Both the position numbers and the translations under genes were made by a program. The notes beneath the pieces were generated by a model. That model had not been told where the DNA came from and did not search any database. It saw nothing but the letters and a program-made list of their open reading frames with translations. 64,000 nt of DNA from the human T2T-CHM13v2.0 reference genome, Homo sapiens: NCBI RefSeq assembly GCF_009914755.1, contig NC_060932.1, one strand, 5' to 3'. The first letter of the stretch is position 1; the number at the start of each line of letters is the position of its first letter. Shown here piece after piece: positions 57,825 to 64,000 of this stretch.

Positions 57825-58043
57825 TTTTTTTGTTTTGTTTCATTTTGTTTGAGACACGATCTCAATCTGTCACCCAGGCTGGAGAACAGTGGTGTGATCT
57901 CAGCTGACTGCGGCCTCCACCTCCCAGGCTCAAGTGATCCTCCCACCTCAGCCTCCTGAATAGTTGGGACTACAAGCGTATGCCACCACACCCAGCTAAT
58001 TTTTAAATTGTTTATAGAGATGAGATTTCGCTGCTTCCCTAGG
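57825..58043 (-). mobile_element. 5'-truncated AluJ
   Basis: (TTTTG)n tail; CCCAGGCTCAAGTGATCCTCCCACCTCAGCC. Confidence 0.85.
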
Positions 58044-58826
58044 TTCTATTCCAACAGATGCCTTCCCCTTGGGAAGCTGTGGTTTGCCAGTGATGTACAA
58101 TGACCTATGCACTTAGGAAATTTACAAGGTAAATAAATAATCCAATATATAGTTTGTTTTATATTTTATCTCTTCCGTGTTTGTGATATTTTATTTTGTT
58201 AGTTCCTTAAGAGTAAGGAATACATACATTGAATTCTATATATTAAAATACATAGATTATGTTTCAATCAATAGTGTATCATATTCAGATAATTAATAAG
58301 TGCTTCTCAATTTATCATATAAAAGGCACTTCCATAGAAGAAGTATTTCAATGCATGCCAGATATGCTCCCTCCCCTGAGAAACAAGAGGATCAATTCTG
58401 CAGGAGACGAGAAGGGTCCACACTGAGGCTCACACGCTCCCCAAGTCCCCTCCTATGTGCTCCTTGGTCACTGGGACATGACTGGTGCTGCTTCACGGGG
58501 ACAACATGGTAAGTTACTAAAGAGGTATGCATGCATGTCACTTTTTCTGGGCCTGAGGGTGTCTGTTCTTATGAAAGCCACCAAAACTTGGAATTAAAGG
58601 CTACTCTGATAGGAAAATATAATCATAGTTTTTCTTCAATACTGCATAAAATTAAAATACCTACTTGACCTGTAATTAACAGAGCTCAAGAATGTGTCAT
58701 AAATTTTATCAAGATGAAGTACATACGCTTTTATTACTAAATTACCAGGATCACAATAAGTGTACCTTTGGTACGCTAGGTTTAAGTAGCTGTGCACCTC
58801 ATTTTCCTTACTTAATCTGGACATAC

Positions 58827-58861
58827 CCTCATGAAGACAGACTTGTTCCTGTCCTCTTTGG
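58827..58861 (-). other. CA8: CA8 3'UTR portion of the last coding exon (35 nt) ending at a splice donor
   Basis: TAG followed by 35 nt, then AGG|gtatgt (GT at 58826-58825). Confidence 0.88.
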
Positions 58862-58996
58862 CTACTGAAATGCAGCTCTAATGACTCTGTCACTAAGAGG
58901 CTGAGTGGGCCGAAAGTTGTCTCCCAAAATCCCATCACAGCCTTCCACAAGTTCTGCCCCCTTAACATGTGTCCTCAGCCTTCGAAATTCTTCTAT
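58862..58996 (-). CDS. CA8: Carbonic anhydrase-related protein VIII, last coding exon (44 aa + TAG)
   Basis: Acceptor ttttcttctgcttttattttcag|ATA, phase 0; translates [44 protein letters not shown], with the alpha-CA C-terminal NFRPxQPL motif; recognised as the CA8 C-terminus; upstream exons lie beyond 64000. Confidence 0.95.
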
Positions 58997-59280
58997 CTGA
59001 AAATAAAAGCAGAAGAAAATAGATTAATCAATTATCGGACATTAACAAGATTGGAGTTTCATAAATGACATGCATAAAATATGTATAAATTACAAGAATT
59101 ATTGAAGAGAAAATTAAAATTAAGCTTCAAAAAGAAAAAAAACAGACTTAATTCTTCCAGACCTAAGACGTTAGAGAGGACCCTTTCAAGAAATGACAAC
59201 AGAAGTAGACATATCAAGATCTCTGAACAACTCAAATAGATAAAGAAATCTGCTCCATTTGTTAATGTAAAAATGATACA

Positions 59281-59568
59281 GGCCGGGCACAGTGGCTCAC
59301 GCCTGTAATCCCATCACTTTGGGTGGCCAAGGTGGGCAGGTCACAAGGTCAAGAGTTCAACAGCAGCCTGATCAACACGGTGAAACCCTGTCTCTACTAA
59401 AAATACAAAAATCAGCCAGGCTTGGTGGTGCACACCTGTAATCCCAGCTACTCAGGAGGCTGAGGCAGGAGAAATCACTTGAACCCATGAGGCGGAGGTT
59501 GCAGTGAGCCGAGATCACACCGTTGCACTCCAGCCTGAGTGACAGAGCCAGACTCCATCTCCAAAAAA
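59281..59568 (+). mobile_element. AluS, full length
   Basis: GGCCGGGCACAGTGGCTCACGCC start; TSD core AATGATACA at 59272-59280 and 59570-59578. Confidence 0.93.
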
Positions 59569-62483
59569 CAATGATACAAACCTCTCCCAAAAAGGTTTTA
59601 TGCCTATCTATAGCATAATAAGAAAAAGTGAACAAATGAATGTGCTCTTAAATGCTTTCCAAGTACATTTTAATTAATGGATTCTTATGTTACTGTATGT
59701 AAACACTGATTAGATCTTAGATTTATCAGATAGATTCAAGGTTTCCTTTCATCAAAAGACTTTTGCCACTTTTCTAGCCCTCTGGAGAGCACAGGTCCAA
59801 AAAAATGATTTTTCAAAAGTCTGAGCCCAAATTCCTGTCTTTACAATATTGATTTTCAAGTTCATTTCCCTTTATTAGGTGGGCTCTCCAGGTCCCATGG
59901 CTTCCCCACTGTAAGTGAAAAGGTTCTCAGAGTCCTCAGGGACATTGCCCATCAGCCACCCTACAGTTTCTCTAAGAACCCAGAGCCTGCCAGACGTGAC
60001 TCTCTGGGGAATACTAATGTTTAAGCAACAAGCAAAAGTGATGAGCATTCCCCAGGATTATTCCCATCTATCAATTTAACTACAGGGTTCATTGTCTGTT
60101 AATTCACTTAAGTGCCACACAGTCACATGACACATTCTTCATTCCATATACAGAAGGGGAAACTGAGGCTGGAAGTTTTGAAAATTACCAGATTAGCTAG
60201 TGGGTAAGTCTGACAATTCCAAGTCTACCTGCTCTTTTCTCAGCTCCACAGTCATCTCTTTAGGAATTCTAGTCAATTCAATATAATCTATCTCCTTCAC
60301 ATACCCCAGGGTATTGAGCAAACGTGATTTGGGCAGCATCAATCCACCAAAAGTTCACCATCTGTGTATCAAGGGATTATATCCACAAAGATCCTTAATA
60401 TGACATAGCTATAGAATTCTGCCATTCATAAAGAGAAATGAAACACAAGACAGCAACTAATTCAGGGGTTTCAACAAAGTCAAGAGACACCTATAGAGAC
60501 TTTAGGGGGCCCACGAAAGCCCTGAATGATATGCAAATTTTTACATGTGCATTTTCCTCAGGAGAGGCTCCCTGACTCCAAGAGTTGAATCCCACAACAT
60601 TCTAATTCAACACACTCATACATAGAGTTGGAAAAAAATTAAACGGATAGTTCAATTAGAATCCGGGTCAGAAAGCCAGCTTCTTTTCTGTGGGTTTTTT
60701 TTTTTTCTCTCTGTACTTACATGCGCTTCGAATGTCTTATTTTTCCATGTCACTGAATACTGGTTGATTTCCCTTAATGAGATTAAGTCTGACCCAACTG
60801 GGATTGTCCTGTTTAGTTTTTTATTGTACCTATATGCTGTATTTACATAGAGAAGCCAGTCAGATAAGCAATCAGCTGTTTAATCTACTTGATGGTTTTT
60901 CGCTAGATCTTCTTCAGCTATTAGAATGAAAATACGAGTAGCATCTATTGCTTGTTGCATCTGAAAAACTTCTAGAGACGAAGCTGCATGAGAATCCCTT
61001 ATTATTTGCTTTCACCTTAAAGTTTTCCCTAAGTACAGAGTGAAAAGGAACCTGGTCAGTGAGAGAATCTTATGCTTTTTCAAAAAGAAGAATATCACAG
61101 TGAGGGCAGTGGACTCTGCACCCAAAGGCCAATTCTTGTCGTGCTCTGCCACCTAAGACCCAAAAGATCAAATGACTTCACCTCTTCAAACCTCAGTTTC
61201 CACATGTGTATAACAGACATAATAATAACAGTATTCACAAGGATAGCCTAGGAAATAAGAAAGAACATTCATGAAAATCACTCAGCATAGTTCCAAGCAC
61301 ATAGGAAGTGTCTGACAAATACTAGCACTTCTATTGCACAACTTCTTTTGAAGTGAAACCTTCAGCACTTTGAGATAAATATTTAGCTACAGTTGTATAT
61401 GCAGAAAGTATTTATAATAAACCAATAATTTCACTGAGGAAATTTAAAGTCATCTCTCCTAGCATTCGCTTTCCATGTAATCATACTTAATACCTGCAAC
61501 CTGAACCTATGAAGCATGCACAGGTCACTGAGGAGCAATGTGGGCTGGGAACTTTACTGCCTCAACATATGAAAGAATCCATTTTTTATTGACTTTGAAG
61601 ATTATTTTAAAGCTGGGTTAATTTTATATTTATGCATTCTGAACTGGAGATAAACCTTTCAAGCCCCAGGCCTCACCCTGAAGCACATTCTGTGAAAACA
61701 ACTTCTTCCAGAAGAGATGATCTGAATCAACAGCCAGCCAGTCTCAAATCACTGTACTCTCAGAGAAAACTATTTCACAAGAAATGTTTTTCTCTGATCA
61801 CAGCAACACTTTGAAGACTTCCAACATCAACAGAGATGGAGGGGAAAATGTGTCTTTCTGAAATGCCAATTTTTCTAAAGCAACCACCCCCAAAACCCTT
61901 TAGTCACTTCAAATGGTTTCAAGTGCATACTGAATCAGCCACACTGAAATGAGAGATTGTGATAAATGAACAGAATAATAGAATAATATTTCAGGATAGA
62001 AATCTTTAATGAAACTCAAATGTCAAGGCCTTCCAGAGACCATTATTATCACATATATCTGAATGTATGACTGCATCTATTGTTAATGCTACTCCACTTA
62101 AACATAGTATGTGTTATTTGTTTTTAACCAATTTAAGAGAAAACTGAATGCGGGGCACCAACATTGAACATTTCATGGAGAAGTCGCCATCTTCTGAAGG
62201 TACTAGATTCAACAGCCACTGTTCTTTGAACGACAGGTGCACTCCAATTGGTCTAAGACATTTATTCCAATCTTCACTGCCTCAAAAACCAAATTATCCA
62301 CTAAAAGTTCAGCTTTAAAACTGCTTCTTTATTAATGCATTCAAAGGGCTAATTTCCAGGGTTTGCAGTTTAGGGCTACTTAACTTTCAGGAGTTCCCAA
62401 GTTCTAATAGATTTATTTTCACTTGCATTTCATGTGTCATCATGTTAAAAGAGAAATACAACACATAAAAGTCAGTATGCTCT

Positions 62484-62960
62484 ATCCATTAACCCATCTA
62501 TGGACATTTATGTGGTTTCCCTGTCTTGGCTTAATGAACATGGGAGTGCAGGTATCTCTTCAAGATACTGACTTCAATTTCTTTCAATCTATATCCAGAA
62601 GTGGAAATCAACAAGACATGGAAACACAAGTATTGTATGAACTCACTTATATGTGGAATCTAAAACAATCAAACTCTTAGAAGCAGAGAGAAGAATGGCA
62701 GCTGCCAAGAGCTGGCAGGAAGCAGAAATGGGGATGTAATGGTTAAAGGGTACAAAATTTCAGTTATGCAAGATAAATAAGTCCTCGAGGTCTCCTATAC
62801 AGCACAGTACCTATAGTTAACAATACTGCATTGTACACTTTAAAATGCTAAGATGGTAGATCTTATGTTAAGCGTTCTGACCCAGTAAAATATTTTAACA
62901 ACAAAGGACATGGGAGGAAACTTTGGGAGGTGACAGATATTTTATGACCTTGATAAAATG
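62484..62960 (+). mobile_element. L1MA9/L1MB-like 3' end with an inverted 5' segment
   Basis: 62484-62605 is antisense L1 (ATGAACATGGGAGTGCAGGTATCTCTT); 62606-62955 is sense 3'UTR (CACTTATATGTGGAATCTAAAA...GGGTACAAAATTTCAGTTATG). Confidence 0.75.
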
Positions 62961-63593
62961 GTTCTTTATAAAAGTTAGTGCTCTCACTTTCTTTTATTAT
63001 CAATAACAAGAGTCAGAATAACACAATTCCAAATGGTACTAATCAAATTAAAAAGTCAAAAGCAAATTGTACTTAAACAGTCCATATATGTATACAGAGA
63101 CAGATATAGACAGAGAGGACTCTCCACCTTTCATGTACTGCAGCCTTGTTTTTGCCTCATTTCTCTTCTACCCCATTATATAATGTTCTATCTAAAACCA
63201 ATGCTCCCTCTTCCTTACCAACCTCTCATTCATAAACCAACTCTCACTCTGTCATGACTCTTTAATCGATCTTTTCAATTTTTTTGAGGAAGAGAGTAGG
63301 AAGAACATTCACTCCCTGGTAACACCGACGTCAACGGTCCTGAAGCCATCCCCAGCCTAAAGGAGCCTCAGCCTTGGCCGTTGTCGGCCCTCATCACCTC
63401 AAGAGAGTTTCTGAGCCACACAGATTTAAACATACTAAAGAATTACAGATTAGAGAGCTCACAACCACAGGGAAAGTGCTGCCTATCACTTAAGACACTG
63501 AGAAAATACATATAAAAATCTCTACAAGCAATTAAAAATAACACATTTTAAGAAAGGGAAGAAAGAGTCTCCCCAGAGAGAAGATCCTTGATT

Positions 63594-63918
63594 TGCACTG
63601 TCCAGGATGGCAGCCACCAGGCCCACATGGCCACCAAGCACTCGAAATTTGGCTTGTCCAATCTGAGATGTGCTGGAAGTGCAGAATACACACTGCAAGG
63701 CAAAGACTCAGTATGAAAATAAGGAGAGAAATCTCATCAATAACTTTTTACCTTGACTACATGCTAAAATGATAGTATTTTGCACGTATTGGGTTAAATA
63801 CACTATTTGAATTAATTTCTTAATTTCACCTGTTTCTTTTGACTTTTTTTTTTTTTTACCATGGCTACTAGAAAGTTTAATATGTGGATCACATCATGTT
63901 CCCACTGGACAGGGCTGG
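63594..63918. mobile_element. MER33-like hAT-Charlie DNA transposon
   Basis: Termini GCACTGTCCA ... TGGACAGGGCTG; internal CTGAGATGTGCTG.AAGTG.A.AATACACAC; ~325 bp. Confidence 0.8.
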
Positions 63919-64000
63919 CCTAGCGCTGCCCTTCACACGCACCTTCAGGACCTCGGCATTCTCGGGTTATAGCGCTGATCTCAATTACATGTAAAGACGA

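Noticed and set aside
58636-58968. 110-aa ORF from the track as the real gene
   Set aside because: It is the +1 frame of the CA8 exon running into the intron; the true frame starts at the acceptor (58996) and has no ATG

Overview
Primate, almost certainly human, nuclear DNA (it carries an AluYa5 with every CpG intact). There are no prokaryotic-type features. The right third holds the 3' end of CA8 (carbonic anhydrase-related protein VIII) on the minus strand. Its last coding exon is 58827-58996 ([10 protein letters not shown]...DRVIRAAFQ*), followed by an ~18.8-kb intron lying entirely in the 3'UTR and a terminal non-coding exon starting at 40032. The rest is TE-dense intergenic or intronic DNA: an ERVL internal fragment, a solo LTR12C-like LTR, a full-length dead L1PA3-like LINE nested in an L1PB-type LINE, about 9 Alus, MaLR LTRs, hAT-Charlie MITEs, MIR/L2 relics and microsatellites. 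Almost every long ORF in the track is L1, LTR or Alu debris. I cannot support a genuinely new biological system from sequence alone. The best leads are post-transcriptional features of the CA8 3' end: candidate cassette exons in the 3'UTR intron that would trigger NMD and together keep a downstream ORF in frame, inverted Alus around the last coding exon, TE-derived poly(A) signals and a candidate antisense exon. TE subfamily names are by-eye recognition, not RepeatMasker output, and boundaries of old elements are approximate.
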